64,000 nucleotides of DNA from the human T2T-CHM13v2.0 reference genome, Homo sapiens (GCF_009914755.1 NC_060947.1); one strand, 5' to 3'. Positions 13,477-30,426 are shown, numbered from the stretch's first letter. Numbers and translations: made by a program. The notes: a model not told the origin generated them from the sequence alone.

Positions 13477-13836
13477 TTTGAAAACACAGAAGTAGAGAGT
13501 AGAACGGTGGTTACCAGATGCTGGGGGTTGGGAGTGTGAATGGGGAAGGGGAAATGTTGGTCAAAGAGTATAAAATTTCAGTTACACATTAGGAATAAGT
13601 TTTAGTGTTCAATTTCATAGCATTGTAACCATAGTTAATAATGTATTGTTTATCTCAAAATTGCTAAAATGGTAGATTTCAAATGTCCTCACTGCAAAAA
13701 TTAAGTAAGTGAGGTGATGGATATGTTAACTAGCTGGATTTATTTATTCCACTATGTATACATATATGAAAAGATCACATTTTCCTATAAAATGTACAAT
13801 TACTATTTTCCATTTAAAGTAAAATAAAATTAAAAA
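13477..13836 (+). mobile_element. L1MA-type 3' end (L1MA8/9-like)
   Basis: CAGAAGTAGAGAGTAGAACGGTGGTTACCAG...GAGGTGATGGATATGTTAACTAGC..., ending in an A-rich tail. Confidence 0.8.
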
Positions 13837-15126
13837 CATAAAGGTGGCCCCATGTGCTAAGTTCTCACTCTATAGCCCATTGGGCTTGATGGGTTTTAAA
13901 GCCCCTAAAAGCTTCCAGTGCTTTAGCTGCCCATATATTTCTCCCAGGATAAACCACTCCTTCTTAGTTCTTACAATATCTGCAACTATGTGAAGGTAGA
14001 AAATGTCTTATTCTCTTGGTATTTATGGATGACTAGTTTTACCTAGAGTGACTACTAAAACCATAGCACATATTCGTAGCAATTTGCATTTGATAAATTG
14101 TCTTTACACAAATCATTTCATTCAATATCAGTTATTTAACATGTTTCTAAGGGAATATACTTTCCTTTATTTTCATATATTCCTCTATTGTACAACCTTG
14201 ATTCTTGTAAGAGCTCTTCATGAAGTATGGCATGAGTGACACAGGTCTCAGGGATAGATACTCAAGCTCATTAAATTTTAATAGGTGTAAAATTTATGTC
14301 TTTATGTCAGAGCCAACAGGCATACATACTATGTTTTTAGACCAGAGACTTTGTGAACAATCTTTCAGTCTCCCAGGCTGATTTACTTATTTCTGAACTT
14401 AGAAGCTGGTTCTGAATATATATGACCACAAATCAGAAAGTCAGACAATTCAAAATTGCTACCAAAGTAGCAAAATATTGTCTTACTGGTACACAAACAT
14501 TTCTGTCCATATATTTCCAAGTGTCTGCTGGATATATTCATTCAGATGTAATAATGAAGGGCATGAAATATATTAAAAACAACATTTTTATCTTCTCTTT
14601 CAAACATGCCCCTTTTGGAATAATCCTTTTCTTAGTTAATCCATAACCATCATTGAATCGCTCAAGCTAGAAACCTCAGGGACATTCTGAATTTTTCTTT
14701 TGATTTATTACCAACATACAAACAGTCATTGAATCCTATCACATCTACCTCGGAAATATATTTCAAAATCATTTCCCTTCCAAATTGCCATTATCTTAGT
14801 TTAAACCTCTATTATCTCCTACCTGAAGAATTTCAGTCCAACTCATCTTTTAGGTAGTAGTCTTTTCCACTGCATTCTATCATAACCAAACTACTAAAGG
14901 GCTCTTCCTAGGATTTTATTAGGGTCATGTTATTATTAGTCTTAATCCATTAATGCCTCCTCCCTGATTGGGGATGGCATACAAGGCGGTCTTACTTTTT
15001 AAATCTCAATTCCTGCTACATCCCCTCATATGCTAAACATACGCCCACAACCTACGCAATGCATAGATTTAATGCTTCCATATCCTTAGAACTCACGCTC
15101 TCTTTGCCTAAAATGATCAGGACCCA

Positions 15127-15370
15127 GGACCAGCTACATAATTCCTGGGGATAAGTGCAAAAGGAAAATGTGGGATCCCTTGTTTAAAAAGCAAGAAATA
15201 AGTGCCATTAAAGTTATATATAAAGGTTTTCCCTTTCTGCCATGTTCTCTTTTTCTTGCTAACATAACATTTTTTAAATTGCAATTTAATGTCATTCTAT
15301 GAAAAATATAAATTTTTACCACAAATTTAGCCATTCAATTTTATTTTTGTGTGAAGCCAGTTTTAAATGC
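15127..15370 (+). mobile_element. hAT-Tip100 DNA transposon fragment (MER115/Zaphod-like)
   Basis: CAGGACCAGCTACATAATTCCTGGGGATAAGTGCAAAAGGAAAATGTGGGATCCCTTGTTTAAAAAG resembles the recalled Zaphod/MER115 terminus. Confidence 0.5.
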
Positions 15371-15502
15371 CAAAGCCAGCTCTGCCAGTATCTCCTTCCC
15401 ATCTTGTGTACTCCTTTGAGACCGAGTACAATCACTTTCCTTCTGTGAAAGAAAGGTCCATTTATTTTTAATCTGCTTTGTAACCTATACACTTTTCCCT
15501 GT

Positions 15503-15730
15503 CAAAGAACACAGGCTTTTGAAACAGGGAAACTTAGGTTTAAATCTCAATTCTGTCTCTGACATTAAAAAAACAAATTTACTCACCCTGAGCCTTAATT
15601 TCCTTATCTGAAATGTAGAGAATACTACCTACAGGATTTATATAGGCTTAAAGGAGTTGAAGTACTTAAATAATTTGAACAATGTCTAGTACAAAGGAGG
15701 CAACTACTAAATGGTAGCTTTTACTTTATT
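15503..15730 (+). mobile_element. MIR SINE
   Basis: AAGAACACAGGCTTTTGA...GGTTTAAATCTCAATTCTG...CTGAGCCTTAATTTCCTTATCTG...AATACTACCTAC...AAATGGTAGCT. Confidence 0.7.
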
Positions 15731-16223
15731 ATTGGCCAGTGACATTATACTAGAATTATTTTCAATTGTATTTGTCTCCCCACTGGACTAGAGATTGTCT
15801 TTATTACTCTGTAACTCTCCTAATATCTACCGTAGCACCCAGCACCCCCAATATAAAATGATGAATGAATGAACTAATGCTTTTATTGAGCACTTAGCAC
15901 AGAGTCTGGTACATAGTACTCATTCTTTTAGTGTTTGTTGTATTATGTGTGAAGCAATGGTTTAATGTTTCCACCACCTTGACTTACATTTCACTTGAAG
16001 TTGATATTGACTACTATAGATGCACAGTAACCTCCAATTGTGTCTCCTTCTGCTCAAAACAAATAATTTTCTAGAACTCATACAAAGTTATTCACTTACC
16101 TCCTGTATTTTGCTAAAATCAGAGTTCTCAAAGGCATCCACAATTAGGAAGCAATGGATGAGTTTGGGAGAAACAAAAGGCAGAAATGTTCCTTCACTCT
16201 CTAATTTTTAAAAGGAAAGCATT

Positions 16224-16504
<281 letters not shown>

Positions 16505-17102
16505 AAAAGGAAAGCATTGAGGTGAGGAGAGTCTCTATAAAATGTTTCTAGTGATTTCTACTTTACATTTTGAGGGTGTTGGGTTTTTTTTTAAAAAGGA
16601 TTTCTGAATTAGGCTATGATATATATATATTAGAGCCAGTTGTCATATGGAAGGCTTTGTGTGTATTTTGTTATTGTTTTGAGACTAGCTCTCAGACTTC
16701 CATAGTAAAATAAATAGATAGGATAAAGCACTGTTCTAAATTCCAGGTTTTCAGTGTTCCTATTATACTCAAATAGTAAAAGAAAATGCTGCTAGGATTA
16801 CGTCTGATGTTCTGTCACTGAGCAGCCAGTTTTTCAACACAGCTAGAATATCAGCCCAGGGCCATCTGTATTGATATCCTTCTGTGAACTCTTAGCATGA
16901 AACCTCTGGGCACAAGTCTGTCAATCAGTTCTAACAGTTATTGCTGATTGTTAGAATTAACAGTACTATTTCCTCTTATGAATAAACTCCCAGTGCATTT
17001 ACACTGGCGTAATTTAGGGAATAAAAGTAAAGTTTAATGGAAAATGTTTCACAGTGAACTTTGAGAACCAAGTGTCTCTATTTTCTTTAACATCTCCGGG
17101 GT

Positions 17103-17168
17103 ATGTAAAATAGGTTTTGAGGGTAAGTACTGTAATCGTAGTACTTCCCCTCAAAACCTGCTTTACAT
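17103..17168. other. 66-nt near-perfect inverted repeat / stem-loop
   Basis: ATGTAAAATAGGTTTTGAGGGTAAGTACTGT-AATC-GTAGTACTTCCCCTCAAAACCTGCTTTACAT. On the + strand: 26 Watson-Crick pairs, 3 G-U pairs, 2 mismatches, 4-nt loop. Confidence 0.9.
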
Positions 17169-18077
17169 TTTTGTAAACTACACTGATATTAGCTTGGTAA
17201 GTATGTCCTTGATTTCTAATTTGCCCTTCTAAAAATAATTTAAAATGTCAAACTACTGGCAGATGAGGTTTAGGGAATTGATAAGTTTTACAGAAGAAAA
17301 CTGTTGGTAAATTCTTATTAGCTTGCTACTGATATATATTGACAGGCCGGGGTATGAAGCACAAATATTTCAGCTTTACCTAACAAAATAGCTTGTACCT
17401 AATATTTTCTTTTGCTGAGTTTTCTCATACTCTCAATAAGAGCAAATTAGGATTATCTGTGGGCAATGACTGATTCCTAAATATGACATTCAAATTAATT
17501 AATATGAATCCAACCATTGTCTCTGTGTAACTCCCATGAAACACGCTGCCAGAAAATATCTCTACACCATGAATGTTTTTATCTCAGCAATGCTAAAACG
17601 CTCCAGAATAGTAATGTTTCTTAGTGGGATTTTCTTTCAAGGTGAATATCTCCCTATACAAGGGAGCCCCCAGTGATGAGTATAGAAAAGAGTAAAGCAT
17701 ACATGTGTGATTGCAATCTAGAGAGATCACTTGCAGAAGTTGTAAGGGACCACAGCAACTTTCACGCCATAAAAGCATAACTCCAATGGATGGCCATCTC
17801 CACAGCATCACTTATTATGTAACTAAATATTTAAAATATTTATTTGTAACACGCGTGTCTCACAGTGCCTGACGACAAATTGCAGCAATGGAGTGCTACC
17901 GAAGGCATTTCGATTTATTTTTTTATAAAATAAAAATTTCTTATCAGACAACAATCTTCAGTGAAAAAACTGAGGACAAAGCACATTACTGTTATCCAGT
18001 ACTAAGTTATTCTACCTTGAAAATTAAAATAGCTCTAGTTACTGTGTACAGATTAAAACACAAAAGTATACTGAATA

Positions 18078-18552
<475 letters not shown>

Positions 18553-19259
18553 CTAACTAAATGGCAGTCATCAGCATCACTATCATCATCAGAACAGGCT
18601 TATTTGAACTACCAATTATCCAAAGGAGTTACTAAAGGGAAATTTGGTTGATAATTGGTACAGAAGATGTATGGCATATAATGAGTACACTCTTGAATAA
18701 CATGGTGTATTTTGGCTGCTGTGCAGTATAACTATAGACATAAAAATGTTACTATGATTTTATATTATCAGTGTTCAAATGCATATAATGCCATAATATA
18801 TGGGCAAATCCAGTAACGTTTTTTAACACAGTCACTGTATGATGTTTTGAGATATAGCCATGATGACAGTGAAAAATTATGGCTAAAGCATCAATTATTT
18901 GATAAACCCATACGTTGTTAACATGCACGTACACATATCCCTACAAAGACAATAACAGATGATTCTGAAGGAGAGAAGAAAGAGTAGATTGGTTTAAATA
19001 TATATAAATGTACATACATACCTATATATGCATAATTTTATGTTTGTGGTTGTAGAATATTACAAAAAATAATAGTGAAACATTTTACTTAAGAACGACA
19101 ATAATTTTCTTCATTAGAAGATATTTTAAATGTGCCTACATGGAATTTGCAAACTTAATGACTGCTAAATTTTTCAAATTAGCAAATCTTTCAAATATTA
19201 GATTTTTCAAATCTAATAGTAATAATAACATTAGGTATTTCAAATTGTAGTAGTGATAA

Positions 19260-20180
19260 CATTAGGCTTAACCATAAAAGTCATTAAACTAAAATGGATT
19301 AATATCTATATCATGTTATGAAGAGGAAGGCTTTGGAGGCATAACTTTTGAGGCAGAAGCCATAAAGGTAAAGACTGATGGATTTGGCTCTTAGCAGTCA
19401 ACCACACCTGTACGTAAAACACGCTATAAAACAAAAACTAAAAGACAACAACAGATAAAACATTTACAATATAGACTGTTGAAGAGTTAATAATTTTAAT
19501 ATATAAAGAGTTATTGCCAATCAATAAGAAACTGTCAAATGAAAATGGGCAGTTTAATCAATTTATTTTTAAAAAGATATAAATTTGAAACTTATTTACC
19601 TCACTTATATTAAAATTCAAATTGAAATGAGAGAGCTTCCTTTTATCTATAATATTGACAAGAATAAAAAAAATCATTATGGCCAGAGTCAATGAAGTTG
19701 TGTGGAAAAAGTCACACACCGCAGTTGATAGGGTTTATTGTTAAATTTGGGGGAGGATAATTTGTCAATATGCCTCAAAAGCCATATAAATGTGCATATC
19801 CTTTAGCTTTGTACTTATTCTTTTATAAATATACTTGCTGTAACTGTACAAAAATGAATGACAAAGTTATTCACAGTAACTTTTTTTGTATCAAGAGAAG
19901 ATGGAATAAACCTTAAATCTTAAATAGATATACATTTTAAAAATTATGGCATCTTCATTAGGAGACTGAACTGTAGCTATTTTGTATATTAATGGGCTTA
20001 AGAAGAGGTATACAATATATAAATTAGTGAAAAATCAAACTACAAAATTTTATATGCCATAATCACACACACATTGTAAGGTTGGAAATGGTATTATAAA
20101 GAGAGGTGATTTTCTTATTTGAATTTTCTAACTTTGCTATAATGAATTCTAAATGTTATTATAAGTATTTAAAGTTTTTT
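19260..20180 (+). mobile_element. Old L1ME-type 3' region
   Basis: Degenerate ORF2-end/3'UTR motifs (GCAGAAGCCATAAAGG...TCAATAAGAAA...AAAATGGGCA...AAATGTGCATATCCTTT). Confidence 0.55.
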
Positions 20181-20584
20181 GAAGATAAAAATGTGTATTA
20201 ATAAAGCATTGTGCTAAGAAAATCCATAACTAGGGTCAGCATATTATATTATTCAGCATGGATCCTGATTAATTCAGATAACTTTGTAAAATTTAGATGC
20301 CAATTTATAAAATGCATGGACATTCTCAATTGCAGCGTTATTTCAATAAAATGTATTGTTTTCTCTTATTAGAAAAACAATATAATCTCTTTGTAGATAG
20401 TGTTTAAAACATGTGAAGGGAGTAATAAAATGAATTTTGCCAATAATTTTACCATCAATATATGATCACCAATAACCTTTGATTTATGCCCTTTTCACCC
20501 TGTTTCTAGTTGTTCTTGAGATAAGATACAAACATGGATCTAAAAAGATTTTACAAAATTAGAATCATATTATACATATTTTAA

Positions 20585-23023
20585 AGATAGCATAGAGTTG
20601 GGACTTGATTTTTTATCCACTTTGACAATCTGTGCCTTTCCATTGGTGTATTTAGACCATTCCTATATAAAGTTATTATAAATATAGTTGGTCTAATATT
20701 ACCATATTTGTAAATATATTCAATTTGATGCCTTTTTTCTTTGTTTCTCATTTTGTCTTTTACTCTTCTGTTTTCTCTGGTTTTAATTGAGCATGTTATA
20801 TGATTCTAATGTTTCCTTACTTAGAATTTCAACTCATTTTTAAAATTTTAAGTGGGTGCCCTGGAGTTTGCAGTATACATTTACAACTAATCAAAGTCAA
20901 ATAACACTGTACATTTCATGGGTAGTGAAAGTATAACAGGATACTCCCAATTCCTTTCTCCCATCCCTTATGATAATGTTATCATTTCTTTCATTTATTC
21001 ATAAAAAATATTCACTGAATACATAGTTGCTGTTATTATTTTTAATAAACTATATGTTAAATCAATTCAAATTTTAAGATAAAATGTCTTATTTTACTTT
21101 TATTTATTTCTTCTCTAACAATCTTATTTTCTTACGTAGATCAGAGTTTATGGTCTATATGATTTTCTTTCTCTCCAAACAACTTGCAACACTTCTAGCA
21201 AGGTATGCCTATTGATGACTAATTTTCTCAATTTTTTGTTTGTCTGAGAAAGCCTTTATCCCTCCTTCACTTTTGAAGAATAATTTCACTGGACACAGAG
21301 TTTTAAGTTGATAGTTCTTTTCTTTCAACACTTCTAATACTTTAACACATTCTCCTTTGGCTTGCCTGATTTCTGTAGAGTCTTTTAATGTAATTCTTAT
21401 GCTTATTTGTCTATAAGTAAGGTGTTTTTTCCCTATGTCGTCATTCAAAATTTTTTCTTTGTCTTTGATTTTCTGCAGTTTAATATTATGTACCTAGGTG
21501 TAGATTTTTTTTGGTATTTATCCTGCTTGGTGTTCTCTTAGCTTCCTGTATCTGTAGTTTGATGTCTGTCATTAATTTTGGAAAATTCTGTCATTATTGC
21601 TTCAAATATTTCTTCTGTTCGTTTCTTTCCTTTTTTTCTAATGGTATTACCATTTTGCATATGTTACACCTTTCATAATTGTCTCACTGTTCTTAGATAT
21701 TCTGCTCCACCTTTTATTTTTTACTATTTTTCTCTTTACATTTTAGTTTTGAAAATTTCTATATTCAGATCTTTACATTCACCAATTATTTCCTTGCCCA
21801 TGTTTAAGCTACTGATGAACCCATTGAAGACATTCTTCATTTTTTTTTATAGTGTTGTTGATTTCTAGAATTTATTTTTGGTTCTTTCTTATGGTTTCCA
21901 TCTCTCTGTTCACATTACTCATGTGTTTTTCATGTTGTCCACATTTCCCATTAATTTCCCATTAATTATGATTAACATTAATCAAAATTATGTTTAATTC
22001 AGTTCATAATTCCAAATTTTCTGTCATAGCTTAGTTTAATTCTGATACCTATGTTGCCTCTTTATTCTGTATTTTTGCCTTCTAACATGCCTTGCAGTTT
22101 TTTGTTGAAATCCAGTTATAATATATTGAGTAACACGAACAATAATGTGAAATATTATGTTTATCTGACTGAGACCTAGTCTGTGTTTATTATTTGCTGT
22201 AGCTGTAGTGTCAAATACTCAATTTTTCTCTCATGTCCTTGTTTTTGTCTTCCTGTTGAGTTTCTTTAGAGACTCTTTTTTTAAATAGGGTCTGAATGTT
22301 GCAATCCTTAAATTGTAATCTAATTATTGATGTGGCAGTAAGGTGTGAGGGACAGGAAGGATTCTATGATTAGATCTCAATCTTTCAGAAGCATGTGTCC
22401 CTAGGCTGTGACTTTCACAAGTGCTTCTTAGATTTTTCTCCCATAGGTAAGACAGTGTGGCTGGGCCACTGGAGTTGTGTATTTCTCTTCCCTTGTGCCA
22501 TTTAGACTCTAGTAAAAACCATGTAACTTAGTCTCTGGTAAATAGTGTTTTATTTTGAGAATGACCCATGTTTAAGGAGAACCGAATGCTCTGGCTGTCT
22601 TACAAAATGCTTACTTTTCCCCTCCCCATGGAGTATCACAAGAGGATTTCTCTCCAACATTCACCCTTAGAACCTGGTAGGTTTTCTGGAGGTAAAAATT
22701 ACAAAATTGTGGGTGCCATGTTAAAACTTTCCCCTCAAGATTCTTACTTCTCAAGCCAGATCACCTTGCGCCCTCAGCAACTCATCAATTAGAGATCAAG
22801 TGTTCCTAACAGTACTGGCTCCAGTGGCAGGCTTCTGATCCTGGTAAGCTACAACTTTCAGCACTGACGTTTCTCTCCAGTTTTGGGGACATTGTTTGCC
22901 CTCTACCTCAATTCTCTGATGGATCTAATAAGAGTTGTTTGTTTTCAGTTCAGTCATTTTTTTGGTTCAAGGATGGCAATGATGACCTGTAACCTCTTTA
23001 TATGTCAGACCAACATGCAGAAG
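20585..23023 (-). mobile_element. Old L1M 5' half (5'UTR, ORF1, inter-ORF region)
   Basis: ORF 21209-21448(-) reads ...IRITLKDSTEIRQAKG...LKEKNYQLKTLCPVKLFFKSEGGIKAFSDKQK, the L1 ORF1p C-terminal region. An L1M-type 5' end lies at ~23.0 kb. Confidence 0.8.
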
Positions 23024-23254
23024 TATCTTGTAAATACTATTTTGAAACCTCTTTTATTCATATAATAATGTATACTACCACTTTTGGGGATCTATAACAT
23101 GTTTTCTAATGAATACATTGTATTCTGTGTAGGTGCATTAATTTAACTAATCTCATATTGTTAGACATTTAAGTTATGCAAAATACTATTATGTTATATA
23201 TATACATCTACAGAAAAATTCTTAGAAGAATTACTGGGCTCACGTTTATTGGCA

Positions 23255-23851
23255 TTATTTATATTCATTCAAGATAAAGCACACATGACTTGAAAGTCAC
23301 CATTTTAACAAATTTAAAGCATACAGTTCAGTGAGTTTTAGTGTATTCACAATGTTGTGCAACCATTACCACTAATTCCATAAAATTTTTATTACCTCCC
23401 TTAAAAAGCCCCATACTTTTTAACAGTCACTCCCAATTTCCCTTCCTCTCAACCTCTGGCAACCACCAATCTCCTTTCTATTTCTATGGATTTGCCTATT
23501 CTGAATATTTCATATAAATGCAATAATAAAATATTTATTTTGTATAATGTTTTCAATGTCCATCCAAGTTGTAACATATATTACTTTTGTTGTACTTTTT
23601 GATTGCTAAATATTATATTATTTTTTGGATACACAGTTTTTCACCCACTCATCAATTGATGAACATTGTATTGTTTCCATATTTTGACTTTATGGATAAT
23701 GTCACACAATCATTTGTGTACAACTTTTTGTTCTGAACACTTTTTTTCCATTTTTTGCTATATATGTAGGAGTGAAATTACTGGATGATATGGTAACGCT
23801 ATGCTTAACAGTTTGAGACATCAATAAACTGCTTTCCACGATATCTGCAAC
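23255..23851 (-). mobile_element. L1MB-type 3' end
   Basis: AAAGTCACCATTTTAAC...TACAGTTCAGTG...GTTGTGCAACCATTACCACTAATTCC...CTGGCAACCACCAATC. Confidence 0.75.
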
Positions 23852-25340
23852 ATTTTTATTTGCATAAATTTAAATGGTACAAGTGCCATTTTGTTACATA
23901 GCTATATTGTTTAGTGGTGAAATCTGAGCTATTAGTGTTTCATCACCTGAATAAAGACATTGTACCCATTAAGTAATTTCTCATCATCTCCCTCCCTCCC
24001 ACTCTCCCACCCTTCCAAATCTTCGGTGTTTATCATTCCACGCTATGTCCACATGTTCACATTATTTCACTCCCATTTATGAGTGGGAATATGGGGTATT
24101 TTTCCTTCTGTTTCTGAGTTGTTTCACTTAAGATAATGTCTTCCAGTTCCATCCATATTGCTACAAAATACATTATTTCATTATTTTTAAGGTTGAATCA
24201 TATTCCATTGTGTATATATGCTACATTTTCTTTATTGAATCATCATTGATAGACACTTAGGTTGATTCCTAAGTGCCTATTGTGAATACTACAGTGATAA
24301 ACATACAAATGCAGGTATCTTTTTGATATAATGATTTATTTTCCTTTGGGTAGATACCTAGTAGTGGGATTGCTTGATCAGATGGTAATTCTATTTTTAG
24401 TTTTCCACAGAGGTTGTACTAATTTACTTGCCCATCAACAGTACATAAGCATTCCCTTTTCTCCGCATCCTTGCTAACATCTCTTATTTTTTGTCAGTTT
24501 AATAATAGTTATTCTGACCAGTGTGAGATGATATCTCATTGTGGTTTTAATTTACATTTCTCTGATAATTACTGATATTGATAATTTTTCATATGCCTGT
24601 GGACCATTATTTGAAAAAGTCTATTCATATCCTTTGCCAACTTTTTAATTTGGTAATTTGGTTTACCTTGTTGTTGTTGTTTGAGTTCCTTGTAAATTCT
24701 GGATATAAGTCTTCTGTCTGATGCGTAGTTTGAAAATATTTTCTCCCATTGTGCAGGTTTTCTTTTTCACTCTGTTGACTGTTTGATTATTTCTTTTGCT
24801 GTGCAGAAGTTTCTTTTTTTAATTAAATCCCATTTGTCTATTTTTATTTTACTTGCTTGAGCTATTAAGGTCTTAGTCATGAACTATTTGCCTAGACCAA
24901 TGTCCAATGTCTATAAGAGATTTCCCTAGGTTTTCTTCTAGGATTTTTATAGTGTCAGGTCTTCCATTTAGATCTTTAATCCATCTTGAGTTAATGTTTG
25001 TATGTGTTGAGAGATCGGAGTCCAGTTTCTTTCTTCTGCATATGACAATCCGATTTTTCCATCACTGTTTATTGAAAAGGGCGTCCTTTCCCCCACATAT
25101 GTTTCTGTTGACTTCATCAAAAATCAACTGGCTGTAGATCTCTGGTTTCTTTTCTGGGTTCTCTGTTCTGTTCCATTACCTATGTGTCTATTTTTATGCC
25201 ATTTCCATGCTGTTTTGGTTATTGTAGTCGTGTAGTATAATTTGAAGTCAAGTAATGTGATGCTTCCAGCTCTGTTATTTTTCTTAAAATTGCTTGGGCC
25301 ATTCGAGCTCTTTTTTTTGTTTAATATGAATTTTAGGGTT
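23852..25340 (-). mobile_element. L1PB4/L1MA-type 3' end and ORF2 C-terminal region, nested in L1MB
   Basis: New T-rich tail at ~23852. ORF2 remnant ...AGSITLLDFKLYY...KTAW in ORF 25124-25450(-). Confidence 0.8.
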
Positions 25341-25379
25341 TGAGTACATTGAAGCTTTTTGATGTGCTGCTGGGCTTGA

Positions 25380-25687
<308 letters not shown>

Positions 25688-25724
25688 TCTTTAAACCATT
25701 TTAAATAAATTTTTTTGCTGGCAA

Positions 25725-28225
25725 TTTTTTTAAATTTCCATAGTTTTGGGGGTACAGGTAATTTTGGCTTATATGGATAAGATCTTCAGCGGTGATTTCT
25801 GAGATTTTGGTACACCCATCACCTGAGCAGAGTACACTGTACCCAGTATGTAGTATTTTATCTCTCACCCACATCCCAGCCTTCCCCCTGCATCCCCAAA
25901 GTGCATTATATCATTCTTATGCTTTTGTACACTCATAGCTTAGCTCCCACTTATAAATGAGAACATACGATATTTGATTTTCCATTCCTGAGTTACTTCA
26001 CTTGGAATAATGGCCTCCAGTTCTATCCAAGTTGCTGCAACGGCCAATATTTTATTCCAGTTTATGGCTGAGTAGAATTCCATGGGGTATATATACCACA
26101 TTTTCTTTATCCACTCATTGGTTGATAGGCATTTAGGTTGTTCCCATATTTTTTCAGTTGCAAATTGTGTGTGCATATGTCTTCTTATAAAATGACTTAT
26201 TTTCCTTTGGTTAGATACCCAGTAGGTGGATCACTGGATCAAATGGTAGCTCTGCTTTTAGTTCTTTAAGGAATTTTCATACTGTTTTCCACAGTGGTTG
26301 TACCAGTTTACATCCCCACCAGCTGTGTGAAAGTGTTCCCTTTTCACCACATCCACATCATCATCTATTATTTTTTGACTTTTTAATTATGGCCATTCTT
26401 TAAAAAGTAGGTTGGTATCTCATTGTGGTTTTAATTTGCAATTTCCCTGATAATTAGTGATTTTGAGCCTTTTTTTATATGTTTGTTGGCTGTTTGTATA
26501 TCTTCTTTTGTCTTTGCCCACTTTTTGGTGGGATTATTTGTTTTTTTCTTGCTGATTGGTTCGAGCTCCTTGTAGATTCTGGATATTAGTCCTTTGTCAA
26601 ATGGATAGTTTGTGAATATTTTCTCCCCCTCTGTGGGCTATCCATTTACTCTGTTGATTATTTCTTTCGCTGTGCAGAAGCCTTTTGTTTTAATTAGATG
26701 CCATTTATTTATTTATTTGTTTGTTTATTTTGCATTTGCTTTTAGGTTCTTAGTCATGAATTCTTCGCCTAAGTCAATGTCTAGAAGAGTGTTTCTGATG
26801 TTATCTTCTAAAATTGTTATGGTTTAAGGATTTAGATTTAAGTCTTTCATCCATCTTGATTTTATTTTTGTATAAAGTGAGAGATGAGGATCTAGTTTCT
26901 TTCTTCTACATGTGGGTTGCAAGTTTTTCCAGAACCATTTACTGAATAGGGTGTTTTCTCCCCCACTTTATGTTTTTGTTTTCTTTGTTGAAGATCAGTT
27001 GGCTGTAAGTATTTAGTTTTATTTCTGGGTTCCCTATTCTGTTCCATTGGGCTGCATGTCTATTTTTATATGAGTACCAAGCTGTTTTGGTAAGTACAGC
27101 CTTGTAGTATAATTTGAAGTTGGGTAATGTGATGCCTTCAGTTGTGTTCTTTTTGCTTAGTCTTGTTTTGGATATGTGGGCTCTTTCTTGGGTCCATATG
27201 AATTGTTGGATTGTTTTTTCTAGTTCTGTGAAGAATGATGATGCTATTTTGATGGGACTTGCATCGAGTCTGTAGATTGCTTTGAGCAGTATGATTATTT
27301 TCACAGTATTGATTCTACCATCCATGAGCATGGGATGTGTTTCCATTTCTTTGTGTAATCTATGATTTCTTCAACAGTGTTTTGTAGTTTTTCTTTTAGA
27401 GATCTTTCACCTGTTTGGGCAAGTATATTCCTAATTATTTTATTTATTTATTTATTTTTGCAGCTGTTGTAAGGGATTATGGTCTTAATTTGATTCTCAA
27501 CTTGGTCGTTGTTGGTATATAGCGGTGCTACAGATTTGTGTGCATTGATTTTGTATCCTGAGACTTTACTCAATTTATTTACCAGGTTTAGGAGCTTTTC
27601 AGATGAGTCTTCAGGGTTTTCTAGTTATAAGATCATATCACTGGCAAACAATGACAGTTTGACTTACTTTTTCCAATTTGGATGCCCCTTATTTCTTTCT
27701 CTTACCTAATTTCTCTGGCTAGGACTTTCAGTACTATGTAGAATAGAAGTGGAGAAAGTGGGCATCCTTGTGTTGTTCCAGTTCTCAGCGGGGATGTTTT
27801 CAACTGTTCCCCATTCTGTGTGATGTTGGCTGTGGGTTTGTCAAAGATGGCTTTTATTACTTTGAGGTATGTCCTTTCTATGCCAATCATAAATGGAATC
27901 TGGATTTTATCAAATGCTTTTTCTGGATGTATTAAGATGATCATATGATATTTTAAAATTCTGTTTAAGTGATGTATCACATTTATTGACTTGCATATGT
28001 TAAACTATCCCTGCATCCCTGGTATGAAACCTACTTGATTATGATATATTATCTTTTTGATTTGCTGTTGGATTTGGTTAGCTAGTATTTTGTTGAGGAT
28101 TTTTGCATCTATGTTCATCAGGGATATTGGTCTGCAGTTTTCTTTTTTTATTATGTCCTTTCCTGATTTTGATATTACGGTGATACTGGGTTCACAGAAT
28201 GATTGAAGAAGGATTCCCTTTTTCT
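25725..28225 (-). mobile_element. L1PB-type element, 5'-truncated (3'UTR to RT)
   Basis: ORF2 fragments 25940-26176, 26939-27346, 27702-27980 ([13 protein letters not shown]) and 28005-28259 ([23 protein letters not shown]). Confidence 0.9.
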
Positions 28226-28229
28226 CTAT

Positions 28230-29855
<1,626 letters not shown>

Positions 29856-30138
29856 TTATTCTACTATAGTAGTGGAACACTTTAGTACACTAGTTTCAGT
29901 GATGGATGGAAAAATCAAACACAAAATCAATAAGGAGATAGAGAACTTAAACAACACTATAAATCAACTATACTTATCAGATGTATATATAACACTCCAT
30001 CTAATGATAGCAAAATACACATTCTTCTCAAGTGCATATGGGACATTCTCCAGGATAGACCACATGTTTGCCCAAAAAACAAATTCTAACAAACACATTC
30101 TAAACAAAAAAATTCTAAATTTAAAAAGAATGAAATTG

Positions 30139-30426
<288 letters not shown>

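Larger units (their letters stand above)
14620..15873 (+). mobile_element. L2 3' region interrupted by a hAT element and a MIR
   Basis: GCTCAAGCTAGAAACCTCAGG...ATCTACCTC..., ending in the L2 tail TGAATGAATGAA (~15862-15873). Confidence 0.6.
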
